Origin: Octopus sinensis
Lineage: Eukaryota
Direction: 5' to 3'
Length of the DNA: 64,000 nucleotides
NCBI RefSeq assembly: GCF_006345805.1
Contig: NC_043006.1
Coordinates: forward strand, 62,062,001 to 62,126,000
Each line of letters begins with the position of its first letter. Position 1 is the first letter of the stretch. Of the stretch, positions 52,651 to 64,000 are shown in pieces. Both the position numbers and the translations under genes were made by a program. The notes under the pieces are model-generated. The model worked only from the letters and a program-made list of their open reading frames with translations. It was not told the DNA's origin and did not search any database.

Positions 52651-53515
52651 AGCCTTGGGAACAGGTTCGAACTCTGATGCTATATATCTTGACTTCAGTA
52701 AGGCGTTCGACAGAGTTGACTATAATATATTACTCTCAAAAGTGGCAAATTTTGAAATCCGCGGAAAACTTCTACACTGGATTAAGTATTTCTCGGGAAT
52801 AAAATACAAGAAGTTGTGGTCGATGGCGTCCACTCGAGTCCAGCAAAAGTCACCAGTGGTGTCCCTCTCGGGATTGTCTTGGCCCCGGTCCTCTTTATAA
52901 TTTACATAAATGACCTTAGCGTCGTAAATCACTACAAAGTGAAAATATTTGCTGATGACACTAAGTTCAGGAAAATCATAATTGAAGAAGATGACCGAAC
53001 TCTACTCCAGCCTGATCTATATGCTGTGAGTCAATGGCCAGACAAAAGCAAAATGCAACTAAACGAGGGAAAATTTGGGCTGCTGCATTTTGGAAGGTCT
53101 ATAATAAAACAGCCATACTCCCTTCCTTTAGGGAAACCGCTCATGGCATCTAATAATATCAGAAACCCGGGTGTAATTGTTGATGACAATCTCAGTTGGA
53201 GTGCCCACATCAACAATAAGGTCGATATAGCTCGTAGGATCCGTTCCTTCATCTTAAGAACCTTCCGGTCCAGAGAACAAGGTGCATCATTATGCTTTTG
53301 TCCTCCTTTGTACGGCCACACCTCGAATTCTGCTGCTGTGGTCTCCCCCATACAAAACCCAACATCTCAAGGATTGAATCACTCCAGAGGGCACTCACTA
53401 ATCGAAATGTAAGCATGACAGATCTCGATTACTGGGAATGCCTTAAAGCCCTGAAACTCTATTCCCCCTAGTTCCGCCAGGAGCTGTACATCATTTGTAC
53501 GATGTGGATAATATA
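52458..53515 (+). pseudogene. CR1-type LINE reverse transcriptase fragment
   Basis: NYRPISLTSH..QHGF, IYLDFSKAFDRV, SGVPLGIVLAPVLFIIYIND, FADDTK; frameshifts and stops. Confidence 0.9.
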
Positions 53516-53516
53516 C

Positions 53517-53752
53517 CTATTTCTTTATTACCCAGAAGGGGCTAAACACAGAGGGGATAATCAAGGACAGAAATAGGTATTAAATCGATTACATCGACCC
53601 CAGTGCCTAACTGGTACTTAATTTTTATCTACCCCGAAATGATGAAAGGCAAAGTCGACCTCGGCGGAATATGAACTCACAACGTAACGGCAGACGATAT
53701 ACCGCTAGTCATTTCGCCCGGCGTGCTAACGCTTTTGCCAGCTCGCCGCCTT
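53517..53752 (-). mobile_element. tRNA-derived SINE family C, near full length
   Basis: Minus strand GGCGGCGAGCTGGCAAAAGCGTTAGCACG..GAGTTCATATTCCGCCGAGGTCGACTTTGCCTTTCATCATTTCGGGGTAGATAAAAATTAAGTACCAG. The central block resembles, from memory, the Meta-SINE domain. Confidence 0.8.
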
Positions 53753-53833
53753 ATGTGGAAAATATAGCGCTAGCATTTCCCAAACGACCTGTTCATCCAA
53801 GGCTGGTACCACGGCCAATACGTCCCCTGCTCA

Positions 53834-53902
<69 letters not shown>

Positions 53903-53934
53903 AGTTAGATAGATAGATAGATAGTTTGATAGAG

Positions 53935-53974
<40 letters not shown>

Positions 53975-54302
53975 GTATAGATGGAGAGAGAGAGAGAAGG
54001 ATCGATAGATAAAACTAACTTGGAACAGTATGCGCGGCGTTCAATCATATAATAATATAAATAATGTATATATTTGCACATATACATAGGTATATATTGG
54101 GGTTTTTGCGGAGGTTCAAAATAGGTAACGCAAACAGGATAGTAAAAGCAAATAGAAAGGGCTGAAGAAGGGTCGATCTTTATGTTGTTTGTTTTGTTGT
54201 CCATTGTGTCTTTCGTCGTTCGAAAGAATAGTTCATGTTTCATGTACTCGTGCTTCGTGTTTTTGTTGTACACGTTTTATGACGTCCTGTGCCCACATAT
54301 CC

Positions 54303-54378
<76 letters not shown>

Positions 54379-54463
54379 ATAATATATATAATATATATAA
54401 TATATCCATATATATATATATATATATATAAAATATATCCATATTATTTGCTTCACAAATAAT

Positions 54464-56260
54464 ATGGATCTCATCCATAATGTGAAAGTGACACCGACAG
54501 TACTCTCGGATCACAGCATGATAGAACTGACCATGTACGGGCCAAAGGAAAGCATGGACATGCAGTCTACAAGAAACTCTCAGAATCTTTCCAGCTTGAA
54601 CTTCCATAAGGCAAACTGGAAACAAATTGAGAAAGAGATCCTCAAACAAAACTGGCCTGAATGTCTATCCTCGCCAGACATCGACATGAAACTTCAACAA
54701 TTCATGTCTGTAATGCAAGCCATATGCTACAAATGTGTCCCAGAGAGAAAGGCCACTGTACACAAGAGCAAAATCCCCAGAGAGAGGAAAATTCTAATGA
54801 GACGGCGTACAAAAGTTTCAAATCGCCTAAACAAACAAATTGAAAGCAGTGAAAAGTTCCGCCTGAAAATAAAACTGTTGGAAATTGAAAAATGTCTGCA
54901 GCTCTCCCATGAAAGAGAAAGAGCAGATAAAGAACCCTGGGCTATAGACAACATAAAATCTAACCCCAGAGCTTTCTACAGGTATGCCAAAGAAATAGCT
55001 ACGGTGCACTGTAGGATAGGGCCACTCCTTGAAAAGTATGGCACACTCACAGGAAATCCAATGAGGGTAAGTGAAATACTAAATGAGCAATTCAAGAGTA
55101 ATTACACCCCACTCCTAGGGCATTTTCAAGACAGCAATCCAACTGACTTCTTTACCACTGCAGGTATAAAATCAGAGGCAGCGATGATTGATTACATCAA
55201 TATAAAGGAAGACGATGTAATAAAGGCTATTGATGAAATGAAAACAAACTCAGCTACTGGCCCCGATGGATTCCCAGCAATCCTTCTAAAAGTATGTAAG
55301 AGAGTCCTAGCAAGACCACTGCAGTTCCTTTTTCAGAGTTTCCTTGCAACTGGAAAACTTCCAAGAAAACTGAAGGAAGGTAAAATATGCCCTATTCATA
55401 AAGGAGGTAGCAGAGCGGAGCCCAAGAACTACAGACCTATCTCTCTTACCTCACACATCAGCAATGTCATGGAACGAATAGTCAGAAGGAAACTAATCAC
55501 CTTCGTTGAAGAAAATGACTTGCTGCCTGACACCCAACATGGTTTCCGACCAGGAAGAAGCTGCTTAACTCAGCTCCTACAACACTATGACTGGGTACTG
55601 AAACGACTGCTCAACCACTCAAATGTGGAAGTCATATATCTCGACTTTGCAAAGGCCCTTGATAAAGTCGATCATGGAATGGTATGTCACAAACTGAGTG
55701 ATCTTGGCATAGTTGGAAAATTGGGAGAATGACTTCATGACTTTTTGAAGGATAGAAGTCAGGTGGTAGTAGCCAATGGGGTCACTTCCATTAACACGCA
55801 CATAGTGAGCGGTGTTCTGCAAGGCACTATTCTGGGACCATTGTTCATAATGGTTCATAATGGCCCTCTCAGACATGCCCTCAGCCACGCAGAGAGCCAC
55901 GATCACGAGTTATGCAGATGATACAAAAGTTTCACAGGCAATACAGAACCCTGAAGACACTAAACACCTGCAATATGAGCGGGACAAAATATACAAGTGG
56001 GCTGAATAGCATGCAGTTCAATGCTGAAAAGTTTCGAGCTTTATAATATCAGCATGCAATACCCAATAAATACACTGGACCTGTAGGGATTGCAATCCCA
56101 GAGGCATAGCCAGTGCGAGACCAGGGTATTTGCATGAGTGATGATGCAACCTTTCATGTGCATGTTGCAAAGCCGGGTTATATTCACTTTCGCAACAAGT
56201 GACACCAACTGGAGATGTTTTGGAACATAAACTCCCGCATACATGCCAAAGTGTTGGTGA
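54464..56260 (+). pseudogene. CR1-type LINE ORF2 fragment (end of AP endonuclease, linker, RT); open to 55729, then stop and decay
   Basis: LSDHSMIEL, GPDGFPA, NYRPISLTSH, QHGFRPGRSC, YLDFAKALDKVDH, a stop where Trp is expected (GE*LHDF), SGVLQGTILGP, YADDTK. Confidence 0.92.
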
Positions 56261-56798
56261 CAGAATCACTGAGTTGTGCACATTATTATACAGTGGTAGA
56301 CATGAACAATGTGCCAAAACTAGAATCGAAACTAAATCAAGAAATCTAATTAATAATGATGCTTTCCGTATTCAGTAACACATTAGAGAATGCTAGTGGT
56401 GTAATGCACTGAACGATAGTCACGACTGTAACAGGAATTCAATGTAAATATTCGGTAATAGTTACTTTCACTCACTCACACTTATAAATAGAACATGTTT
56501 CTGGAAATAGGTCGCATAAATATCAGGTAACCTAATCTAATTTGCGGAGATAATTTACCTTTCTGTAATACGTGGTTTGGTGCTAATAGTCACCTTAATT
56601 TTGAAGTACGACATAAAGAAAACAAATATCATTTGAAGTCTTCTTAGCATATCATGTAAGACATCTCTTTTATCATAATTGATTCGTTCTAGAAAAATGG
56701 TGCGGATAAACTTAATAATATTTAACTCAACACTATTTTATATCTGCCTATCAATCTATCTACCTATCTGTCCATCTATCCATGTATCTATCCATATA

Positions 56799-56844
<46 letters not shown>

Positions 56845-56893
56845 TATATATATATTATGTATATACATATATATATATGTCTATATATATTTA

Positions 56894-56959
<66 letters not shown>

Positions 56960-58999
56960 TATATAGGTATGTATCTCTTTCATCTTCAAGCACATCTGCT
57001 TATTCCATTAGTATAAATACAAGTATGTAGCTGCTGTCGTTGTTGTAAAGATGCAAGGTACCTATTGAAGTAAATTTGGAAATATTGTCAGTACAATTAT
57101 TGATTAAGAAAACAGGAAGCTGGAACCTTTTTTGATATCTTTTAACCACCATGACGCATGTTTCATTTGCTAATAATAATTACAGAGATATACATGTTAG
57201 ATGGACGAGGACGGAATTTCTTAACGTAATTCTTCAGACAAGGAATTAAATATTATAAATTTTACATTTGGATGAAGCGTTTATACTTAGTAATCAGGAG
57301 TTTCATTATATTTACTTTAGCGCTTACGACGTTTAAGCGCTAAATGGAAAATACATTTGTATATTTCGCTAATGGATATTCCTATTCGAGTGTTAAATGA
57401 ATAAAGGAGTTGTTTATAAACGGAACAAGTTCACTTTATATACATATGTATGAAAAACATAAGTTTTGATAAATATTCATACTTGGATCACAAAATAGAA
57501 TCTACTATTTACATAAAATTCTCCACAAATTCAACACCTGATCAGATTTGAAAATGTAATGAACATAATTAAAAGTAGCAAATTTAACTTCCATCCTCTT
57601 TGTTACAATTAACTTCTATATGAATTAAATTATTTAATCAAAAAATCTAAAAATGTATGTCTGGATTCTAGTACATTCTGGTAAAAGTGGTATCATTTGT
57701 AATATTAACATTAAAATGTACGAATTACAAAGGACTCTTTCTTCAACTCTATGTAAAATCAACTCACCTGTGCTTAAAATGGTAAAGACTTGCATATTTA
57801 ATATTGCATGTATTTATATCATCGTAAAATACCAAGAATTAAATTCATTGACCATAAATTGAATTTCGAAGAAAATCCCTCAGTAACAGTGATTTCCCCA
57901 TCTAAATCTGGTATTGGTAGAGTGAGTAGAACGATTTCAACCCTATTATTTCGTCCTTAAAACTCAATAATTACTCTTAAACTTTGCATTGATTCTTTAA
58001 ATGTAATATGCTAGTGAGTAAATTTAAAAGACCTATGAAAATATTATATTTATAAATTGATAACAAAAACAATTTTTCATCGGTTAATCCGGTTCATCTA
58101 AACAAAACTCTTACATTTCCTACGAAAAATACTCACCTTGTTAACTTTGAAAATTGAATATGAACTAGGAAAAAGAGAACTAGAATTTTGATATTGTTTA
58201 TGGGTTTAGGGACTCTGCAGAAGTCAGAGAACTTGTAGGTTTGTATTTATTATATAATATTAACGCGAAATTTCTTTCTATTCAAGGAGGTTTTAATAGC
58301 GACAACTCTCTTTGTTCATTTTATAATTATAGTTATGTAGAAATTAAACCTAACAACGAAGAATCATGAAATTCTTTAAAACATTTGGGCGTTCGATTAC
58401 GGTCGATTCCAAACCTAAAACAGCTGATTTTTAGATGTCTGCACGAATTTAAAATCTATTTTATATAAACCGCATCACAAAATTAATAAAAATGCCCCTT
58501 ATATACACAAGAAATTCAAATCATCTACGTGTGATGATTAAGTCAATTATAAATGGTAATTCACATTGTATTTCTTAAATTTCGACTAAGAAATTTATTT
58601 TTATACTAAGGACAATAATGAAGCTCATTCTAGGACGGCTATAAAGATAAAACATAGTTTATTAATAATACAAACACTAAAAAAAATGTTTGCATTCTAC
58701 AAGTAATAACCCACTTAGTAAATTTAAAAGTGATTCTACTAACACTGAATATCGTAAAGTTTATAAATGTAAAAGCGAACGAACGAAGTTCAATGCAAGA
58801 AATCACATACTAATAAATCTAATAACAATATATATAATACTAATAGTCCTAATAATTATCATAATAACCCAGCTAATAAATATGGTGGCCACTCCCGTCG
58901 ATTTCGACGAATTGAGTCTATGAAAGACGGGGTTTAAATATAAAAGGCGAGAAAGAAACGAGAATGTTAGATGAAGAAAAAGCAATGAAGGCGTGCATG

Positions 59000-59550
59000 T
59001 AATCAGAGTATGGAACACTGATAATTTTTGCTTTGCCTGGGATTGAACAATTGTGCCTGTTGATTGCAGGACATTAGTCTTTTCTTGTTGTGAGTCTTCA
59101 TCACAAGTTGTCTGGATGCACCATGACACATTTTATGCCATGCAGATCGATCTAGAAAATGACATTCCCAAGATGTCAAGTTAAGCTATAGAGACTTCAT
59201 TGATTGCTTCTATTTATGCCTAAGGACGAGTTTTCCTTTATCGTGGTATTCCCCACATTGTTGGCCATACAGAACGATTTTCTGAATGTGATCATCTTTC
59301 ATTCAAACAACATGTCCTACCCATTTGTCCTGAATATTCAACAGCTTTTGATACTGGGAATATCACATTTTTCTTAGATTTTGACATTTGATTTCTTATA
59401 TTTCCATTATATGTTGCATCTGAACGAAATACAACTTTTTGGACCAAATACGCCTTTTGCAGACAGTACATGTGAAAGGCTTCACGTTTCTTTATATGTC
59501 TGTAGTAGAGAATCCATGCTTCCGCCCCATACAGAAGAGTGTGCAATATG
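59000..59550 (-). pseudogene. RTE-clade LINE fragment
   Basis: TLLYGAEAWILYYRHIKKREAFHMYCL and WVGHVV*MKDDHIQKIVLYGQ. Confidence 0.8.
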
Positions 59551-61630
59551 CAAAATTTGTTTACACAAACACATATTCAGACACTCACACACAAAGGCAA
59601 ACTCATTTTAGTTTCGTCTTGATATGCTATTTCGATATTTCAACACATAATCTTTTACATCTTTTATTGATTTTATGTGATTAAGGCAATATTAAACCAA
59701 CAAAATTGCTTAAATGTTTATAGGACATGTAGACCATAGAGAACGTCAATACGAAACAAAGTTAGTTATTCATCTCATCTAACGTTTGAAACATTGAAAC
59801 ATATCTATAAAATTAAACACTTTTACTCGCATGTTAACTAGACACAAAATAACTTCCAAATAATATACAAATGTATGTGGGAAACAATGAATACACAAGC
59901 TATCAATTGATCTTTTAAGAATATTTACATCTTATACAAATTATAATTATATGATAAATATATTTTGAATCCTTGTGCCTGTATTTTCAGAAAGGTTATT
60001 TCAATTTTTTTCGAACATTCATTTTGCTATTAATTGAATACTCATATGTTTTAGGTCTGGCTGGGACATAAAAATCTCTGCCATGCACACGTTATCGATT
60101 ATATTAAACTAATCGTACATCTCAATTATTCGTTTCCACTCATAAATATTAACAAGGATCAAACAGCAAAACAATTCACGCATAGGTGACTTTTAATTTT
60201 ATATTTCCTTATTAATGCTGAAATTGAAGTCGGTATTAGTTATACATATGTGTATGTAAATATACATAATACATGCGGGGAAAACAAATAACTGTATTAA
60301 CACGTCATGGCATAAAGAATTACTAGCAAATTGAAATTTGGTAGCTTTTCTCAATCAGATGAAACATTTGAATAATCATTATAGTCATAATGAAGGGAAG
60401 GAAGTAGAAGAGAATAAGGTTTACAATGGCAATGGAAACTATTTCAGTATACATGAGGTTAACGTACGAACCAATTAATTTATTTTTCTATATGTTATGT
60501 TTTTCTTTATACTTTTAGTTCCTCCTCTTTACACTTCCTATTATTTTCTTGGTAACCATGAAGCATTATGTACAATCGTATTGTGGAACCGATCATATAG
60601 CAAAACACATCTAGCTATCTGAAGCAAAATATTGTTACTCTGTCATAAAAACAGAGGTTATAATACAGTTTGAAAATAATGCATATGTATTGATACTGAA
60701 CAGCATATTTTTATGGAGGCGTCAAAGGTACCAATATATATGAGATCGTATATAATCAATAAAACAGATACATGAATAAGTAATAAGGAGTTGGGTTAAG
60801 TATCAGGAAACCATTGATACAATTTTTAAAAGCCGGCTTGGATAATCTGTCTTGTAGTCAAAAGCGGTTCGCATTTCGGTGTCAGAAATTTAAAAATCAA
60901 TTGAGTGCTTTTTTCTGAAGTATTATAATATATGATTATAAAAGTATGGTTGTGCCAGTCAGTTTGAATAGTAGTTTGTTTTATTCATTCACAGAAAATT
61001 ATTGAATCTGAGGCACTGAATAATTGTTACCGGTTCTTATAAATAAATCACATATGAATGACTGAAGCTGTGCTTATTGATATTCGATCACGATAATTTA
61101 TACTACAGCGTCTGAAACACTAAGTTATGTACGTTGTCAGTCTCCTGAATACAATACCCATTCTATCGTCCTGGAATGCAGTGTGTTAATATTGATGTCT
61201 TCATTTGCATGTACAATTCTAGACTGTGACAATTTGCTGGTAGTTATAGAGCAAGGTTTGTTGTTATTTCGTGTTTGTCCAGAGGCAAGGAATTTAATTC
61301 TAAAAATCGTTTGAATGTATCTGGCACTAAGATCAGACGGTGGCAATACGTTAAGCGGAAAGTCTTTAAAGTTTTATACATTTTTAACGTCATATATAAG
61401 TATGTAACGTTGTTTGGGCAGATACATCAAATATGACTAAGAATGCGGTACTATTTCAATTTTGTTACCGAAAACTGCAAATTAGACGCGGAAATAAATC
61501 ACGTAACGGAATAAGTCATGAAGGGGATCGATGAGTCAGAAATATTGAGAAGTATGTATCCAGCGACTGATTTACATTGCAGCTTCCTTTACACACATAT
61601 GCCCAATCAGAAACGTTCACACGTACATAT

Positions 61631-61681
<51 letters not shown>

Positions 61682-61692
61682 ACACCCACACA

Positions 61693-61812
<120 letters not shown>

Positions 61813-61855
61813 AAAACAAGTCAAAAATAGAAAATGCTAAGATAATTTTATAGTG

Positions 61856-61907
61856 AATCTTTCAGTACCGTTTCGGTCATTTTGAGACCTTTTCAACTGT
61901 AACGATT
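61856..61907 (-). ncRNA. Mirror copy of the U3-A8 hammerhead, one C missing in helix III
   Basis: Reverse complement of 62152-62204. Confidence 0.55.
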
Positions 61908-62151
61908 AAATAATTAAATTTAGAAAAATTAGAAGAAAAGTTTTTTTAAAAGAATATTTCTATTGTAGTGTTCAGATATAAGTAGCATTCTGCCTTTCTC
62001 TGACTCCCTTGTTTGCACTTGTGTGACCCCGAACACACAAGTGCAAACAAGGGAGTCAGAGAAAGGCAGAATGCTACTTATATCTGAACACTACAATAGA
62101 AATATTCTTTTAAAAAAACTTTTCTTCTAATTTTTCTAAATTTAATTATTT

Positions 62152-62204
62152 AATCGTTACAGTTGAAAAGGTCTCAAAATGACCGAAACCGGTACTGAAA
62201 GATT
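62152..62204 (+). ncRNA. Type I hammerhead ribozyme motif with a compensatory U3-A8 pair
   Basis: AATC..CAG-TTGAAAA-GGTC-tcaaaat-GACC-GAAA-CCGG-TA-CTG..GATT; predicted cleavage after 62194. Confidence 0.7.
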
Positions 62205-62353
62205 CACTATAAAATTATCTTAGCATTTTCTATTTTTGACTTGTTTTTACGTATATATCAACTCGTGTGTTCCTTTCCACCCTTATATATATATTATATA
62301 TATTATATATATACATATATGTATAATATTTTCAGTGAAGTATATATACATGC

Positions 62354-62421
<68 letters not shown>

Positions 62422-62649
62422 TTATATATATATATAATTATGTGAAATAGAAAGATGAATAATCTTGTAGTAGATTAATCAAAAGTTTAACCGATACCTT
62501 AGTAGCAAAAATCACAGCAGTAAACAGCACGGTTGGAGGTACAACCATCTGGCGTTGCAACCGTGCGTTGGTGCGGATAATTGAAATTAAAACATTATTG
62601 GTGAATTGAAGAAATGGAGCTGAACGCAGATTGAACAGAAATCGTTTTA

Positions 62650-62738
62650 TTTCATTCTACACGTGTTTCGAAAGGCACAAATTACCAAAATCCGATTGAA
62701 TAATGGGACCATATTGTGTCTTTCTCTTCAGGAAGAAA
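62650..62738 (-). ncRNA. Type I hammerhead ribozyme, canonical core
   Basis: TTTCTTC-CTGAAGA-GAAAG(A)CACAA..TTGTG(C)CTTTC-GAAA-CACGTG-TA-GAA(T)GAAA; predicted cleavage between 62658 and 62657. Confidence 0.85.
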
Positions 62739-63324
62739 AAAGGAAATCCGTTGGAAAAACAAACAGAACAGAGGGCGAGCAAAAACAAATCGAACTATGC
62801 TCCTAAGAGCCCATGGCGAAACTGATTATCAGTGTATGTTGAGAACCGGTGGCTGAAGAATTCAACGGTCAGGCATCGGTCAATCATGTGGGTGAGGGTG
62901 TATAGATGTTCTTTGTGACCGAGATAAAGTTCTGACTATTTAAGGAATATTGGATGTTTTATAAGGGGCGAGAAAAAATCTACTTAGAGACGTGTGTGTG
63001 TGTATACTGTTCTATATATGTGTGTGTTGGCGTAGGGGTAGAAAACATTTTTTGTGTACGTGTGTGCGTTTGATCGTTCGGCTGTCAGTGGCTACTGCCG
63101 TGATAACCGTTGGGTGGCAGAAAAAAAATATATATATATTATGTTTTATGTGTGTGTGTGTTCATCTAAGCCTGCCTTGTCAAGGAAACCCCCCGCTGTG
63201 AAAAAACCAAGCCCCGTTTGTCTTACAGGAGTAATTCCCCTTGCAGTGGTTAATCGTAGATATCTTAAAGGCTATTTCAGAATTTGTTACCAAGGGCTAT
63301 GGGTGCCGGTATTATTTATAAACG

Positions 63325-63720
63325 CTATTTAAAAGCCAGATAAGTGTAACGCCGCCAATGGGGGCATCGAAAAGCCGACTGTAAGAGCCCGTTTACCATC
63401 CGGCCTCTGGCAAACAAAATATGGAAGAGTTCGGAGACACAAAGGTTGCACTGTCTTCTGCCCCTATCAAATGGGAGGGCCACCGACAAAATTGACCATT
63501 CAGCCTATAGCTTAAGTTCGTATCCTTCAGTCGCCATATAGCTTACTGAGTCCCGTGGTCTGGCGCTTGTTCACGTCCCGAAAAGTTGCGTAATGGTTGG
63601 AGACACGCAAAGACAATCTTGAGGATGAGGCCCCTACATAAGTGAAGACATCTGAGTCCGTGTAAACCTTGCATTGGTAGACGGCGTTTTTGATCTTGGA
63701 GTTCGCCGACGTGAATCTTA
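63325..63720 (-). pseudogene. PLE GIY-YIG endonuclease domain with two frameshifts
   Basis: KNAVYQCKVY..TYVGASSSRLSLRVSNHYATF..GLSK / IWRLKD / WSIL..RQCNLCVSE..RCPH; stop at 63325-63327. Confidence 0.8.
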
Positions 63721-64000
63721 ATCTGCTAGGATTAGTTTCTGAAATTAGAACTGCGTTCCTGTCACTATATTCGTTCCGAGACTGCAGCCGCTTACTACTC
63801 TATTTTCCACTACGTCACTATTAACTATAGGAATAACCCCTGATTCTCCACTATCTATCAGAGTGCTGTCATTGCTACTGCCCGTGGTGCTGCTATTGCG
63901 GGAAATGATGCTGGGGATGCTATTGGGGCTCTCTACCCTACTCCCATTGTTACCGTCAACCACAACACCCCTATTTATAACTATACCCCTAGTGGGTACT

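Larger units (their letters stand above)
62460..64000 (-). mobile_element. Penelope-like element, 3' portion (runs off the window end); left boundary approximate
   Basis: GIY-YIG endonuclease remnant plus a downstream HHR-bearing non-coding region (pseudo-LTR-like). Confidence 0.75.

Overview
This is an AT-rich, microsatellite-dense animal genomic window. The repeat content suggests a cephalopod, probably Octopus (inference, not checked). I can support no host protein-coding exon, rRNA, true tRNA or CRISPR array; most listed ORFs are translated microsatellites. The window is mostly transposon debris: R4/Dong-type RLE LINE fragments, a Tx1/L1-type LINE, three CR1-type and two RTE-type fragments, a Penelope-like element (PLE) with a GIY-YIG endonuclease, four tRNA-derived SINE families, Helitron ends, TIR/foldback elements and a decayed Ulp1-protease/PHD-like ORF. 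The main signal is a set of type I hammerhead ribozyme (HHR) motifs in at least four unrelated repeat families, folded by eye. (1) A canonical HHR lies downstream of the PLE endonuclease (62650-62738, -). (2) A family carries the compensatory U3-A8 core pair (62152-62204, 61856-61907, 16212-16245). (3) A CCGAUGA variant sits in both arms of an old inverted repeat (25098-25145, 25462-25509). (4) A second CCGAUGA variant sits in a ~544-bp tandem array (37020-40862) that forms the core of a ~5-kb palindrome. All four have a palindromic helix III, and in all three inverted structures the HHRs point away from the centre. This suggests PLE-mobilised, retrozyme-like non-autonomous elements built by fold-back priming. 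Cleavage activity is untested, and some inversions or duplications could be assembly or library artefacts.
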